Below, piece by piece: positions 13,861 through 27,030 of a DNA stretch of 64,000 bases. A program made the position numbers and the translations under genes. How positions within the stretch are numbered: position 1 is the first letter of the stretch; every line of letters starts with the position of its first letter. The DNA comes from Tubiluchus corallicola. Lineage: Eukaryota; Animalia; Priapulida. Location of the stretch: contig JAQGDQ010000479.1 in the NCBI GenBank assembly GCA_030141605.1, positions 107,795 to 171,794 of the forward strand, read 5' to 3'. A model generated the notes under the pieces. The model was not told the DNA's origin. It made no database searches and saw nothing but the letters and a program-made list of their open reading frames with translations.

Positions 13861-16493
13861 CTCCCGCCAAACGAACGTCGCTGCCTGCATATTTTAAAAA
13901 AAAATGACGTAAGCTGGTGTCTGCTGGGCAGCGTGAATGCTGTGAAGGCAAGTTGTGATGAAGGTACGCGCTGAGAAATGTCTACAGTTCACTCAGAAGT
14001 TCAGTTATTCCAGCTTTGTATTTAACTGCTTATGTAAAAATTAATCATTTGGTCAACTTTGACCAAGATTAAAATGGTTACGTAGCTTTAACCCACAGGA
14101 TTATACCGTAAAATGTGTAAATAGTATACATTAATTACGTAAATGTAATTAATTTACAGACTTTTGCTGATTTTCAGACACACATGTAAACTTGCCAGCA
14201 TACAGTAGGCACCAGGTGGGTTACTTAGTTTATAGAGTTCGCTCTATAAGTCAAAAAGGTTGTTGAAGCACTTGGCAGAATAATTGTTTATATTTCGAGG
14301 TAACCAGATGACGCCATTTTTCACCAAAATGAGCGCGCCCAAGCGTGAAGTGATCGCGATTTTTAATTGCAATTATTAATTACACGAGGCGCTTATCACA
14401 ACTTCATTGCTGAAACTTTTTCTCAAATATTAGAATAAGCTCAGCTTCCCAAGAGACTTTGCTTTTGCGTTTAGGGGTAACTTAATTCTAAAACTGAACA
14501 ATTTTTGCCTTTAGTTTGTGTGTAACTGGTGATTAGCTGAAATTGTTCCGGCTTTTAATTGCATAACGTACAAAAGTCATATCTTGAAAACGATTTAAAA
14601 TCTATAAACTCGTTACTTTCACAGCCAAAAGCTAATGTAATGTAACATTATGCTGTGAAACCTAAATTTTGCAATGCACTTGCTACAAATACTATTGCAG
14701 TCGAAACTTCGGCCATTTTTTTCTGTTCCGCACGATATGAAAAAATAACAAAGCATTGGCTTTACCTTATCAGTTTCAAACAAATATGTAATTGGAAAAT
14801 TCTTAGCAATTTAACTGGTATGTGAGCACAAAAAGTGAAATTTTGGTGTAAGGGAAGCATAATGTAGGCAGTTATTATACATGTATTGCTAATTAAAAGA
14901 ACGGACAAGCCACTTGGCATATTGTGCTAATTTTACTATTGTGACTTTAACGTAGAAAAGTATAACAAAGAAATTTCCCAAAAATCAGCCTGTGAAGCTT
15001 AAAATGAAATTACACTACTAGTGTTCAGTTGAAGATTATGGCCTGACTGGTGGACATCATGGCTTTTCCGCAGGCATGCTCTGTATAAATTAAATCAAAT
15101 TTCTGCGGCTTACCTAATGTTTATGCAAAATGCAAAATTATCTATCAAATTTTCTTGCAAAAAAACTCTTGATGGAAATTGATAGTAAAATGCCATTCTT
15201 CAGCCGATGAAACATTTAATGATCACGATTTTAAATTGACTTTACACTTTACACGAGATGCTTTTCACACTTTTATTATTAAAACCTTCTAACATTTTCA
15301 CGAGAATAGAAATACGATCCCAGAGGGCGTGCTTTTCCTTTGACTCTCTGTACGAAATTATTAGAGGAATTTGGGGTCCCCAACTTGCAGTTGTCAGAGT
15401 CTAAGAAACATCAAACATAAATTTATTACGTTTGTAGTTTTCCGCCAAATGTTAGAAAATTTTCAACAATTTTTCTACTTGTAGACAGGTGCAGAACATT
15501 ACAAAATGCACAAAATAAATAGACAGAAAGAAGAAGCGTGACATTATGCAGTAGAGGCCAAAGTTATTTGGTTAAGCAACAAGATTATTGATAAGGCTGA
15601 GGCAGGTTGTAACAAAGAAAATTTTCTAGCAAACATTACTAAACGTCAAAGATGACAGAAATAAGATAAATAAGACAGATGACTTTGATATTTTGTGCTA
15701 GCAAAAACACTACAATTATATTGAACTTTGATAGTACGCCTATTTAATGTACGAGCAACTCAGATGTCATATCACAAGCTTAGATGAAATTGATTTAGAA
15801 ACAACGTCAATCAAGGAAATACATATTCTTGTGATCGAAAAGGTGTTGACTTATAAGGTAGGTTATGAAATTGTTAGCATGATAATGCAAAGTCTTGGCA
15901 GATTTATTTTGTCGAGATAAAGTTTTTGTTGAAATTTAATTAATGCCTTTAGGGTTGTTCCAGAAATTATTCTTCCATCCCGGTAATTGTTAAAAGGAGG
16001 CATTGGCGACAACTATTGTCACTGTCATGCTATTGTAGCTCTAGAAACTGCACTGATATTTCATTAATGATTTGGATTGGTGTGAGCTGCTATGTTTGTG
16101 GAGAGTTATTAGATTACTATAACATGTTGGCTGCTTGTCATGATTGATTGCCTGATCATCAAATGATAGAAACAAATTATCAGCTCCGTCGAATAATGTA
16201 TTCTAGTAACTTCGTAATGCAATAATGAATAATACAATTTATTATTCATTGTGTAACATATACTTCTGTTTTTATACTAAATTTACATTGAATATATATT
16301 TTTGCATTGTGCTGCATGCGTGCGTATAGCAATTCAATTTTATTTTGTAAAACAGGTGAAAATAGACGGTGCGTTAGCTGATTCTAAATTAGGTGCTGTG
16401 AAAGTGATTTTAATTATACGTGTAATAATAACAAATAATAATTAGCATTATCTGTTTATCAGTTACACCTGGTTATTATTTCAGCATAGAATC

Positions 16494-16790
16494 ATGACAG
16501 ACATGCGTGACACAGAAAATACAGATATGAAGCCACATTCGTATACTCCTACAGCAACTCCACAAGCAGCACCTGCCACAGGCCAAACTCCACAAGTTGT
16601 GTTTGCACCAATTTCTGCTCCTCAAGGAGCATTTGCGCCTGAAGGAGTCTTCACAGCAAGCTATGCGCCTCAGATAGTATACCAAGCACCACCAAATCAG
16701 CTTCAAGTACCTTTCACACAAGTCAATTTGGCAACTGTCAACCAGCCACAGTTCAACGATAAATGCGCAAAAATTCTTTCTATTCTGCAG
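16494..16790 (+). CDS. MS4A/CD20-like four-transmembrane protein, coding exon 1 (Pro/Gln/Ala-rich N-terminus)
   Basis: ATG at 16494 just after the acceptor TTTCAG (implies an upstream UTR exon); 99 codons ending ...AKILSILQ|GTATCA, phase 0. Confidence 0.85.
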
Positions 16791-17224
16791 GTATCAACTT
16801 TTTAGTGACTTTTGTGTTAAAATGGTAGTTTCAATTGCTGTAATTAAAATAGTACATAGATTGATTGTTTTACACCTGAATAAAATGAGTTAAGATAAAA
16901 GAAACAAGTTCCCGGACAAGCTCAATAGCTACTTAATGTAAGAGATTTCAATGAGTAAAAACACATTTCAAATGACATACAATTCACAAAGTAGTGACAG
17001 GAGATATCTCTTGCCGTTTTTCTTGAATTGGGTGAGACTGTAAGACTTTTCAGAGAGTTTCTTCGAGGTCTCATGCCAGACGAGTTTGGCGTTGGGATGA
17101 GTGGTTAGGGCATCAATTTTCGTAGCCTTGGTACCCAAGAAGGACAGGTGATTTGCGTATGAAATCCAGTTAGTGAAGTAAATTTAGTTTAGTTAGTAAC
17201 TAAACTTAGTTTCTGTTTTTGTAG

Positions 17225-17743
17225 GTTCTGTGTGGCTGTATTGCACTTATCGCGGAAATAATAATAACGACTTACCATTGCGGGACCACTGGTGCTGGCA
17301 TTTGGTGCGGATTTTTCTTCATTATTGCTGGAGGCTTAGGTCTTGGTGCAGCTGGGACCAGCCAAAAAAAGAAATGCTTGATCATTTCTTTCATGGTGTT
17401 AAGTATTCTTGCTGCCGTATTTGCAGCCATTCTTATAAGTTTAGCTAGTATATACTTTGATGGTAGAGAATGTAAGGCTGCTTACTGGACCCAAATAGCA
17501 TCAGCGTTTATAGAAATGCTGCCCTCTATTTGGTCTGCGTCCCTTTGCTGCAAGGCAGTTTGTTGCGGAGCAGTAAGTAATCCAGGAGTTGTATATTATG
17601 CACCTGGTCAACAAAGTGGAGTTTTGGTTACACCAGGAGTGCAAGTTCAGCAGCAAACACAGTTCCAAGGACAGCAGCCTAAAGGAGGGCAAGTGGCTCA
17701 GCCTCTTTATGTGTATGGTACGACAGTGCCAAATAAGCAGTAG
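17225..17743 (+). CDS. MS4A/CD20-like four-transmembrane protein, coding exon 2
   Basis: Acceptor TTTTTGTAG| gives VLCGCIALIAEIII...GAGIWCGFFFIIAGGLGLGA...CLIISFMVLSILAAVFA...SASLCCKAVCC, in frame with ORF 17378..17743; motif pattern typical of invertebrate CD20-family proteins. Confidence 0.85.
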   Translation, partial: VLCGCIALIAEIIITTYHCGTTGAGIWCGFFFIIAGGLGLGAAGTSQKKKCLIISFMVLSILAAVFAAILISLASIYFDGRECKAAYWTQIASAFIEMLPSIWSASLCCKAVCCGAVSNPGVVYYAPGQQSGVLVTPGVQVQQQTQFQGQQPKGGQVAQPLYVYGTTVPNKQ

Positions 17744-19570
17744 GAAACATGATAAATAGCTAATTATTGAAGAGCATTTTTAAAAATACAGTTTTGTATC
17801 TTGATATTGTTCGTATACATTTTATATGTATTGATAAAGCAGTGAAGCAACTGTAATATTGAATAATAATTTAAATGTTGATTTTAATGCCGATTTTTTG
17901 TTGTTGTTTGTTGTTAAAACTGTTACAATGGAATAAGTTAGGTGCAGAAATTATTATGGAGTGATCTAAGCCTATGAAAATTCAAAATGCTAGATCAGAA
18001 AGTAAGCTAAAGATTATTCACTGACTTTTATCAGTCTAACTGATCGATTTTGTGACTAAAATGAATCTTTTGTTATTTTAACTCAGATTCTCGTGATAGT
18101 ACGAAAATTTGTTCAATTGGTTTAGGTCATCGATCGATCTTGGTGCCTTAAAATCATCATTATTGTTACTCTCAATTATCATTATTATGACCGATTCGTA
18201 TTATAACCATCTTGTAGCTGTCATTGCTAATATCGTCAACATTGTCGTCATAATTAACATTACTAGCATATTTACTTTTTTTGTTGACCTATTAGTTTTC
18301 CATGTTGTTGTGTATTCTTTTCATCTGCTGTAGCTAAGTCATATGCAATCCATGTTGGATGTACCTTGAAGCTTTTACTGAATTTGCTTGAGCTACACTC
18401 ATAGCACTCAGTGTAGAAGCATGTCAAACTTATAAACAGAATGCTGATATTGTAATTCTATTGGTTATACTGAATAGATAATGAAGTAAATACAAAAAAA
18501 TGCTTTACGTAATTTTATTATTTGTTTGTCACGCGTTTAATGTTTCTGAACTGCAGATAAGCAGGAAATTTACCCGAATGCAGCAGCCATCATTCATCTA
18601 TTGGCCTTTTGAGTTTAGACCATTGAAAGCACAAGAAAACCCTTCATAAACAAAAAGCTTAAAAAATTCGTCACTTACTTACAGCCTTATTGCACGCAGG
18701 ACTTCAATCGGCAGCAACGCTATGTAAAACATGTAAATATAAACTTCCGAGATGACCATTAGACGTAGCCAATTTGACAACAAATCATTTGAAACAAGTT
18801 CACATAACACTTAGTAAAGTTTGAAATGACGGTTAGAAAATATTAGTGTACGATTATTTAACACTGATGCATTTCATATCAGATAGAAACTACTGGAAGC
18901 GTTTAGTACGTAATATAAAGTCATGTATACATTGGAATATTTTACAGTTAGCAACAGTTAAATTCATCTTTTCCGAATAATAACAACTTCAACAGAGCAT
19001 TATTTCCTAACTCAGCTATATTAAGGTTTTATGGGGGTTCTTTGAGGGTACAACTATAACAAGTAATAATACAGAACAAAATATTATCGTGATACCAAAG
19101 CATTAATGTATGTACTCCAGTTGCTGAATCATTGGTGTATCCAATAAAGGCGTAAAATAGTAAAAGCTGGTGTCTGCTGGGCCGCATGGAGGCAAGCTGT
19201 GATGAAGGTATGCGTTGAGAAATTTTCTACAGTTCAGTCAGAAGTTCAGTTATTCTAGCATTGTATTTAACTGTGTTTATGTAGAAATTAGTCATTTGAT
19301 CGTTTATGACAAAGATTAAAGTGGTTTAACCCACACAGTTTTAATCAACAGGATTATACCGTAAAATGTGTAAGTATAAATATAAATAAAGAATAAATAA
19401 ACTTTAACGCAACTACTATACCAATTATGTTACTCTTCTAATGTAGGCCTAATCATATTCATATTAGTACTAATGACATAAAGCTTCAGTCACAGAGAAG
19501 CTATGGAAACCGAGCAAAGAAAATTATACAATTATAATTATAACACTGATTGTTGAAAAAGGTAACATTG

Positions 19571-19827
19571 ACCAGACGGTTTAGTCTAGTGGTAATGCGT
19601 CTGCTTTTCGTCTGGGAGGTCGTGAGTTCGAACCAGCGTCCGCGTCATACCAAAGACTTTAAAAATGGTACCTGCCATGTCCTGCCTGACCTGTCCTGTG
19701 GTATTTAGGGTAAAAGTGGGGTAATAATAGTCTCTGTTATGCAGTTGTAGGTTGTTATTTACAGTCGGCGATAACAGCTCTTTGAGCTAATGTTAATTGT
19801 TGACCCAAAAGTCGACTTTAAATAAAG

Positions 19828-19926
<99 letters not shown>

Positions 19927-19955
19927 TTTATTTTTATTATTATTATTATTATTAT
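19571..19955 (+). mobile_element. tRNA-derived Meta-like SINE, copy 2
   Basis: Aligns with 3688-4002; long (ATT)n tail ending ~45 bp before the lectin acceptor. Confidence 0.8.
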
Positions 19956-19999
19956 TTAATAATAGACTTATCTTTATTTTTTCATGTGCATCATTACAG

Positions 20000-20204
20000 C
20001 CCGCTCCTCCTGGCGGCCCGTCTGGTCCTAAAGATTGTAAAGATGGGGAGGAACACTATGCAGGCAATTGCTACAGGTTTAGCACAGTGAAGGACACTGC
20101 TTGGAAAGCCTTTATGAATTGCAAGGTGATTGGAGGAGATTTGGTTGCCATAGAGACAGCAGAAGAAAATCAGTTTTTGGCGAACATTGCAGAAACTAAG
20201 CGTC
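20000..20204 (+). CDS. C-type lectin, exon encoding the N-terminal half of the CTLD
   Basis: TTACAG|PAPPGGPSGPKDCKDGEEHYAGNCYRFSTVKDTAWKAFMNCKVIGGDLVAIETAEENQFL...|GTAAGT (phase 1). Confidence 0.88.
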
Positions 20205-20262
20205 GTAAGTTCGATACCGTCAAAATCAACTTTCGTAACATGGGGAAAATAAAGAACAGTCT

Positions 20263-20264
<2 letters not shown>

Positions 20265-20304
<40 letters not shown>

Positions 20305-20324
20305 CTGTTCTTTATATATATTAG

Positions 20325-20368
<44 letters not shown>

Positions 20369-20515
20369 GATAGATAGATAGATACAGATATAGTATATTA
20401 GATATTAGATATATTAGATATCATATAATATCTATAATAATATTATCTATAATATATATTACAAAGATTCAGTAATATATTTTATTTTACTATATATATA
20501 TATACATATATATAT
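20265..20515. repeat. (TA)n/(GATA)n low-complexity tract
   Basis: Directly visible. Confidence 0.85.
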
Positions 20516-20900
20516 AAACTTTACAGAGATGATAAATCAGTGTTAGTAACGACGAATAAAAATATGACGTATTTACAACTAAGCACAAAATATTAAAAAT
20601 TACGATTTAATTAACATGGCCGTGGATATATGAATTCTGAATTAGTGTGTATGTTGTCGTACAGGTGTGATGGTATTTCATATCTGGTTAATATTAGTGA
20701 TTTTAATTTTGTTTTAAATGCTGACAGGGACTTGATTTGTTTAACCTGTAATGGTAGAGAATTCCAAAGTAGAATTGCTTACTTGATTATAGAGTTGCTT
20801 CCATAGTGGGTATTTGTCCTAATTTGTTTTAGATATACTTAATCTGGAATTGACGTTAGGATTTGGGAAAAAGCTAAATCTGGGTGTTTCTTAGTTAATC
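20516..20900 (-). mobile_element. L2/CR1-type LINE 3' fragment in the lectin intron
   Basis: Same family as 54970-55465; minus strand encodes ...ILLWNSLPLQVKQIKSLSAFKTKLK. Confidence 0.8.
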
Positions 20901-21537
20901 TAAAGGTTAACTCCCTAAACACACAATAGATGGCGCAAACAATAACAGTAAAAATTTGTTTTTCTCCCACCGACTAAGATACCTACAATTTTCTAAACGA
21001 TTTTTTTCTAAATGAATCAGTATTTGCTGCATAATTTGCAAAATGTGGGACTGTAATCGTTTATTTTGGTGGGAAAGGACAGTAAAATGAGAATTTTAAC
21101 TGTTATAATTTCTAACTAGCAAAGGCCCCGCAAAAATTTTTGCGTATAAATCCACTCATAATCAAAAATACGCGAACATCCTACCTAGTGCTTCTTTACT
21201 TACCTAACGCAAAGCCAGTAGCAGCAGCTTTTGGTGGACGTGCCCTAAAATATAGCCCACACCATCGTGTAGCCCTGTTCTGTCTCTTTCTAAAGAGCTA
21301 TATATCTCGTTTCGAGAGTCCCACCAGGCGCCGCTAGAACGTTTTTTCCGCAGGCTGTTTGACAAAAATTTTGAAAAAAATCACTGATAAAATTTGTTAT
21401 TTTAGTGTTTAATGGGAGTAGTAAAGTACATTATGATTGCTGTGGAATGTACAAAAGTTAAATAACTGTTATATTATATGAAAATATAATGGTAAATAAC
21501 CAAATTTAATATGAATTATATTTTGTTTTTGATAAAG

Positions 21538-21761
21538 CTGGTGATCATTTTTGGATTGGTTTAACCGACATACACGAGGAGGGTGACTGGAGGTGGTTTG
21601 CAACAGGTGGACCTGCTCTATTTACTTCTTGGGATGTAGCAGATGGCCAACCAGATAATTACGGCGATGGCGAAAGCTGCGCCATCCTGCGGGCAAATGG
21701 GAACACGTGGAATGACTTCTCGTGTGATACAGCAAAATTTCCGTATATTTGTGAATTCTAG
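21538..21761 (+). CDS. C-type lectin, terminal exon (QPD/WND motifs, galactose-type)
   Basis: AAAG|(P)GDHFWIGLTDIHEEGDWRW...SWDVADGQPDNYGDGESCAILRANGNTWNDFSCDTAKFPYICEF-TAG; phase matches the previous exon; AATAAA at ~21863. Confidence 0.9.
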
Positions 21762-21974
21762 GCGACAAGCTAGATTTGAAAAAGTAAAAAAAAATCGAAT
21801 CTATATAGGCTAATATTAAACATGTTTGTATACTGTTGTCACTGATTTGCATGCTGATTATTAATAAACGAAACTTAGTGTGAATTTTACTGGTACTTGA
21901 GGAGAATTTATACGCTTTACTACATGTGCCTATGTAGCAAGTTTGCAATTTTTGTATATCACGAGTATCTGCTT

Positions 21975-22115
21975 ATACGCGACTACAGCGTTGAAGATAC
22001 CGGTTGTTCAAATCACGTTGAGAAGACTGGTTTTCGTCTGATCACCGAAGTTAAGCAACGTCGAGGCGGGTTAGTACTTGGATGGGTGACCGACCATGAA
22101 TAGCACGTGCTGGAG
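21975..22115 (+). pseudogene. Degenerate 5S rRNA-like copy with a partially duplicated 5' end
   Basis: TCGTCTGATCACCGAAGTTAAGCAACGTCGAGGCGGGTTAGTACTTGGATGGGTGACCG; ends diverged, no SINE body follows. Confidence 0.75.
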
Positions 22116-22762
22116 CAAGCAAGCACGCCACAACAAATGTATGCAATAAAACTACAGATTGTCAATGCACTAAAGCACAGACAATTCAATACTTACACTT
22201 TGTTAGAAAACAGAAATGAATGCTTTGGCATAATCCCACAACTCAAGCAATTTAATTTACCAATTTCACCTACAAATAGAGAGTTGGAATCCATTGCTCT
22301 TAAGTTTTATTCATGGACAAGGATTTTTTAAAAAAAATTTATTCCGCCAAACTTGTGAACATCTACTTTTCGACTGCCCTTTCATAGACTCACAAAAGTG
22401 TATGTTTTTTAAGAATAACATTAACAGCACTAATATTGCTGTGTTAATTCAAAAGCAAAATGATAGCAACACTTTGTTGAAGTAATTAAGGATGACTTCA
22501 TTAGACAGCAAATGTCAGGAGTATTATGATACGTGTTACTAAACTAGCGGTTGTACTATTGCCATCTTTGTAATTTTAATTAGTAATTTACACAGTGTCT
22601 AGAGTCACCTTATTTTATTAGAAAATTTGTAAAATTTATACTTATGCTAATGTTGTACCTGTAAATAGAGGTTTTATTAATAAAGATTTTAAATAAATAA
22701 AAAATTACAGATCAACATTTATGCTATTAAAAGCATATAAAAATCATATGATGATTAGAAAC

Positions 22763-23146
22763 TAAGGGTGAGCATCGAACGCTCGAATTCGATTCGAATG
22801 AGTTTTTTTGAACTCGATTCGAATGCAAAATTATAGATTCAAATACTTTAATCACATATATTCCTGATCATTAAAACGATTGAAACATCATGCAATTAGC
22901 ATAATTTAGCTGTGATTTCTGCGCACAATTTTAAACAAATTACTAGTCGTTTTATTGCAGAACAAAATCTAGTGATATGCATGATCTTTGTAAGACTAAT
23001 TTTTACTGGTGGTTCGAAAAACTTGTTTGAAAATCTTTCGATCTCAATTCGAATTTGAAACACTGAAGTTCGGTTTGATTCGAATTCGAAAGTCATAAAT
23101 TCGGTTCGATTCAAATTCGCTTTCTGGTAGAGAATGCTCACCTCTA
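22763..23146 (-). mobile_element. hAT-type MITE rich in TTCGAA motifs, copy A
   Basis: TIR TA(A/G)GGGTGAGCAT...ATGCTCACC.CTA; perfect 8-bp TSD TTAGAAAC. Confidence 0.88.
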
Positions 23147-23264
23147 TTAGAAACACATATTAGACAAGTGTATAAACCAAAGATACTAGGGACTTTGCAG
23201 GAATCAGATGCATTAATTAAGATGAAACACAGAAAACTGGAAAGAAGTACTATAACTGTGCATA

Positions 23265-23537
23265 CAGTCAAAATGGGATATAAAGGACACCTCCCGGTTG
23301 GAAAAAATCGTCTCTCATATCCGATGTCCCTTATAGCCGAAGTTGAGTCAGACCGAGGGTATATCTAGACCTGTACTTTTACCCATATTTTTTTGGATTA
23401 TTGCTACACATTCAGTGCAAACGGTATGTCAGAGTACCTTTATATATGAAGATTTTTATAAGGAAAAATGTTATGAAAAATCGGGACCGGTGTTGGTGGT
23501 CCCTTAAAAGCAAGTTTATTATACCCGAGATTGACTG
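23265..23537. mobile_element. Tc1/mariner(pogo)-type MITE
   Basis: TA|CAGTCAAAATGGGATATAA ... TTATACCCGAGATTGACTG|TA: imperfect TIRs with a TA target. Confidence 0.65.
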
Positions 23538-24637
23538 TACATTTAATTAGGCTAACCTGAAACTTTGTTTAAAACTAGTTTAGCCGAACTGGAACTTGGC
23601 ATCAATCACTTATCCCAGTCGAATACTATCCGCAGTTTAACCTTTTTTTGTAATGGCTAACAGATTTGTTGCAAATTTCTCTTGACAAACTTTCAAGCTA
23701 TTATGGAACGATCCTAGCAGGAAAAATTACGCTACAATTTTCAAGAACTTTTTAGTTCACAAATTCCAACACGAAAACCAAATTTCTTATTTTTCAAAAA
23801 CTGACCATACTGCACATTTTCTCCCTAAAATTGTATTTCCACAAATTTGCAGTGGTCGGACTTCAATATTTTAATAACTTCTAAAATTGTTTCTTGAGTG
23901 TAGTAGTAATGATGTATGCAGGTCGGATGCAAAACAAATCGTTATTAGGCCTTTCTGTACTTGGCTCCTTGACCAAACTGCCTGTGGCCCACAGGAATTG
24001 TGGGAAAGTTTAATGTGGCCTGGCTAGTCAGATAATTTGCACACCCCTGGGTTACAGTAAGTCAAGCGATCGTTTAAAGGAAATACATCTTTTAAACTGC
24101 TTTAAGTAAAAGGCACCACGTTGTTCCTTTGACCTGTATGCTCCATTGCAACGAATAGATAAATTTCCCATTTATCTACAGTGGTCGTATAACATGAAAA
24201 ATGTGAATAGATTTTATACTAAATAAATGAAATATTACTCTTACTTATTTTTATTGAACTATTAATTTCTTTCAGGTCTACTCTGCAATCAGCCTACAGC
24301 CTTTCTCCATAAGTGACATTTCCTTGCACTGCTGCTATTCATGTATTATATATTCAATCAATGTATAGGGATCACATACAAGGGTCATTTTCCACAGAAA
24401 TGTCGAAATGTTTGGCACGATTTTAACTTTTTAATGCAAAAGTTTTCATAAAATTGTATTTTTTTAACTATAAATAATTAAACAGGTCACTTTGCTGCCA
24501 TCTGCTGACAAAAAGGCCAAAAATTATAGTGAAAAATATCACTTTGCAGCAACTTGTCAATAAAAATGCCAAAAAAACTTAAAAAATTGTTAGCTGTTAA
24601 CTAACTATATAGTTAATATAAATTATTTTAACTATAT

Positions 24638-25370
24638 GGGTCATTCTCCACAGAATGTACAATTTTTGTCCCAGGATATTTTTTTAAATAACAAAGTTTC
24701 TGGTGCGATACTGTCTGACGACTGATAGACACCAAAGAAAGAGACTTATTCCAGTTGTATTTGTTGCCAGAAACGTGGTTTGGACATTTCTACTGAATCT
24801 GAAATCAGTTCCTGTGAAAGTCTTTCCCATTTTCAACTTTTCCATTACGTGAGATTTGGCAGAAAGTATCCGTTTAAAAATTAGTTCACAGTATTTTATT
24901 CAAAACAGCACACTGGAAGTGAAAATCCTCTTCCCAAATACTTTCAGAACTAGCAAATATTCATGTTGCTTAATTTCATGTGTGTCTCCGTGTTCATGTG
25001 TCATTCCTGTTACTTTGGTGGAAAAGCTGAGGCATGTATAAAAAAGTTGCATTTGTATAAAAATTTGACCAGATATTTATAGCAAGGGACAAAAAATGTA
25101 TTTTATAAGACCATTGGTTTATGACACTGCTTGATGTTTATAGGTTGTATTGCACACCTCACGTGTGTAACAGTAATGACAAAAGTAATTATTCAGATAA
25201 CTTTAAAATGGTCATAGTAAATTTTTACAAGTGTTTTAAGCTCTGTCAGTATCCATTTTGTATAAAAGGGAACCTTATTAATAACAGGGCAGAGTAATTT
25301 TAAGAACATCTTTCCAGTCATTTAGCAGATTTTTTCACATCTGTTTCGCACGTTCTGTAGAGAATGAACC
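24638..25370. mobile_element. Unclassified non-autonomous DNA transposon
   Basis: GGGTCATTCTCCACAGAA ... TTCTGTAGAGAATGAACC imperfect TIRs; an extra TIR-like copy at 24382. Confidence 0.45.
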
Positions 25371-25584
25371 ACATAGAAACAAGTGCATTTAATGACATAC
25401 CATAAAGACACAAAAGTATAAATAGGCTTGTTTTTGTTTACTGACATTTATTAGTTATTTATAACATGCATTGAACAAAAACTCCTCTTCTTCTGTGGAA
25501 TGCTTGTTTTGGTCCATAATCTCTCTTACTAATGAATGTACAATTTTGCCTAAAAAAGGAACCTTGTCATTGCTGCAGAAACTT

Positions 25585-26049
25585 TCAATCTTCGTATATC
25601 CACGGTTTTCCTACGTTGTTCCAATCAACTAAATCTTCTGGTTTAAACCAAAGTTTTATTTCCCGATTTGCACTCTCCACACTGTCACTACCATGGCAAA
25701 TATTTCTTCCTACTTGTATGCAGAAATCACCACGAATTGTGCCTGGAGCAGACTTGAATGGATCGGTCTCGCCTAACATCTTTCGTCCGGTAGCTACCAT
25801 ATTCAGTCCTTCCCACACCATAGCACACACAGGACCTGAATTCATGTATTTTACAAGGCTGTTGAAAAATGGTTTGCTAGATAATTCCTTGTAGTGTTCC
25901 TTTAAAAGCGGCAAATCAGGTTGAATAAATTTCATGGCTACGAGTTTAAATCCCTTTTGCTCAAATCTCTTGACAATCTCTCCAATTAAACCTCTGTGCA
26001 CACCGTCTGGCTTTACAGCAATGAACGTACGTTCTTTGTATTGAGCCAT
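25585..26049 (-). CDS. ndk: Nucleoside diphosphate kinase, group I (NME1/2-like), intronless ORF
   Basis: 154 aa; [31 protein letters not shown], catalytic NICHGSDS, C-terminal WIYED. Confidence 0.97.
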   Translation of the reverse strand: MAQYKERTFIAVKPDGVHRGLIGEIVKRFEQKGFKLVAMKFIQPDLPLLKEHYKELSSKPFFNSLVKYMNSGPVCAMVWEGLNMVATGRKMLGETDPFKSAPGTIRGDFCIQVGRNICHGSDSVESANREIKLWFKPEDLVDWNNVGKPWIYED

Positions 26050-27030
26050 AATTGTTTAACAGTAGAAATAAAAAAGAAAATATTAAGCAAAAATGACAAA
26101 ACTATTGACGAGCCGGCGTTTTGCGATGAGAGAGAGAGAGAGAAGAATTCACAGCAAAAAAATAACGTTGAAAATTACCGATCACACGTGTGACTTGATT
26201 TCGAGATTTCTCCAAGCCTCACTGCATTTATTGGGAAAATCTTATGAGAATTCATTCAATCCAATACATCAAATACTAACTTCTCCATTGGTAACAATTA
26301 TATTGACCTTTTTATTATAATTGCATAACAAAGTATTACCTTTATGTACTGGTAAATTTTCTGAAAATCTTGAGTATAATTACACACATAGTATCAATAT
26401 TGAATAATTGTAGCTTTCAAGTTACATACAATTATGAACCTACAACCAAATTTGTGGTGATTTGTCTAGAATCAACTTATTCATCGATTGAATTATTGAA
26501 ATTACAAATTGCAATTATCATAAATTACAATTTAATAACAAAATTAAAGGTTCCTACTAATCAATTCAATCAAGCCAAGGCAAGGCAGTTTGCTCACGAT
26601 CTCACTCAAAAAGACCTCAATTAACATTTTAACTTTGAAGACACTTCATCGTGGAGAGTAGCAAAAGAATGTGCCATTTGGCGGCCGAAGTAGAGATAGA
26701 AGACTAAGCTAGACTAAACCAAACTAAATCGACCTTCCTGAAATTCTGTTTCGTTTCTTTTTTTGGGTTATAGGCTATTGGGTGCATTTTAGTGCTTACT
26801 TCTTATTTTAGTGTTGTGTTTTGTTTCTCTCGGAGCCTCATATAGAAAACCAGGAAACACTTCATCAAACTAAACTAGTTTATTAAGCGAGAATTCTATA
26901 ACACAAAAGTAAGAAGGAATGCGAAATGATTACACTATACGTGAAAATCTGGAAAACGTTTAAGTGTATCTAAAAATGCAAATATACAAGAGAATGTGTA
27001 AGTGGCATCCTGTCTCAGCAGCCTGCTTCC

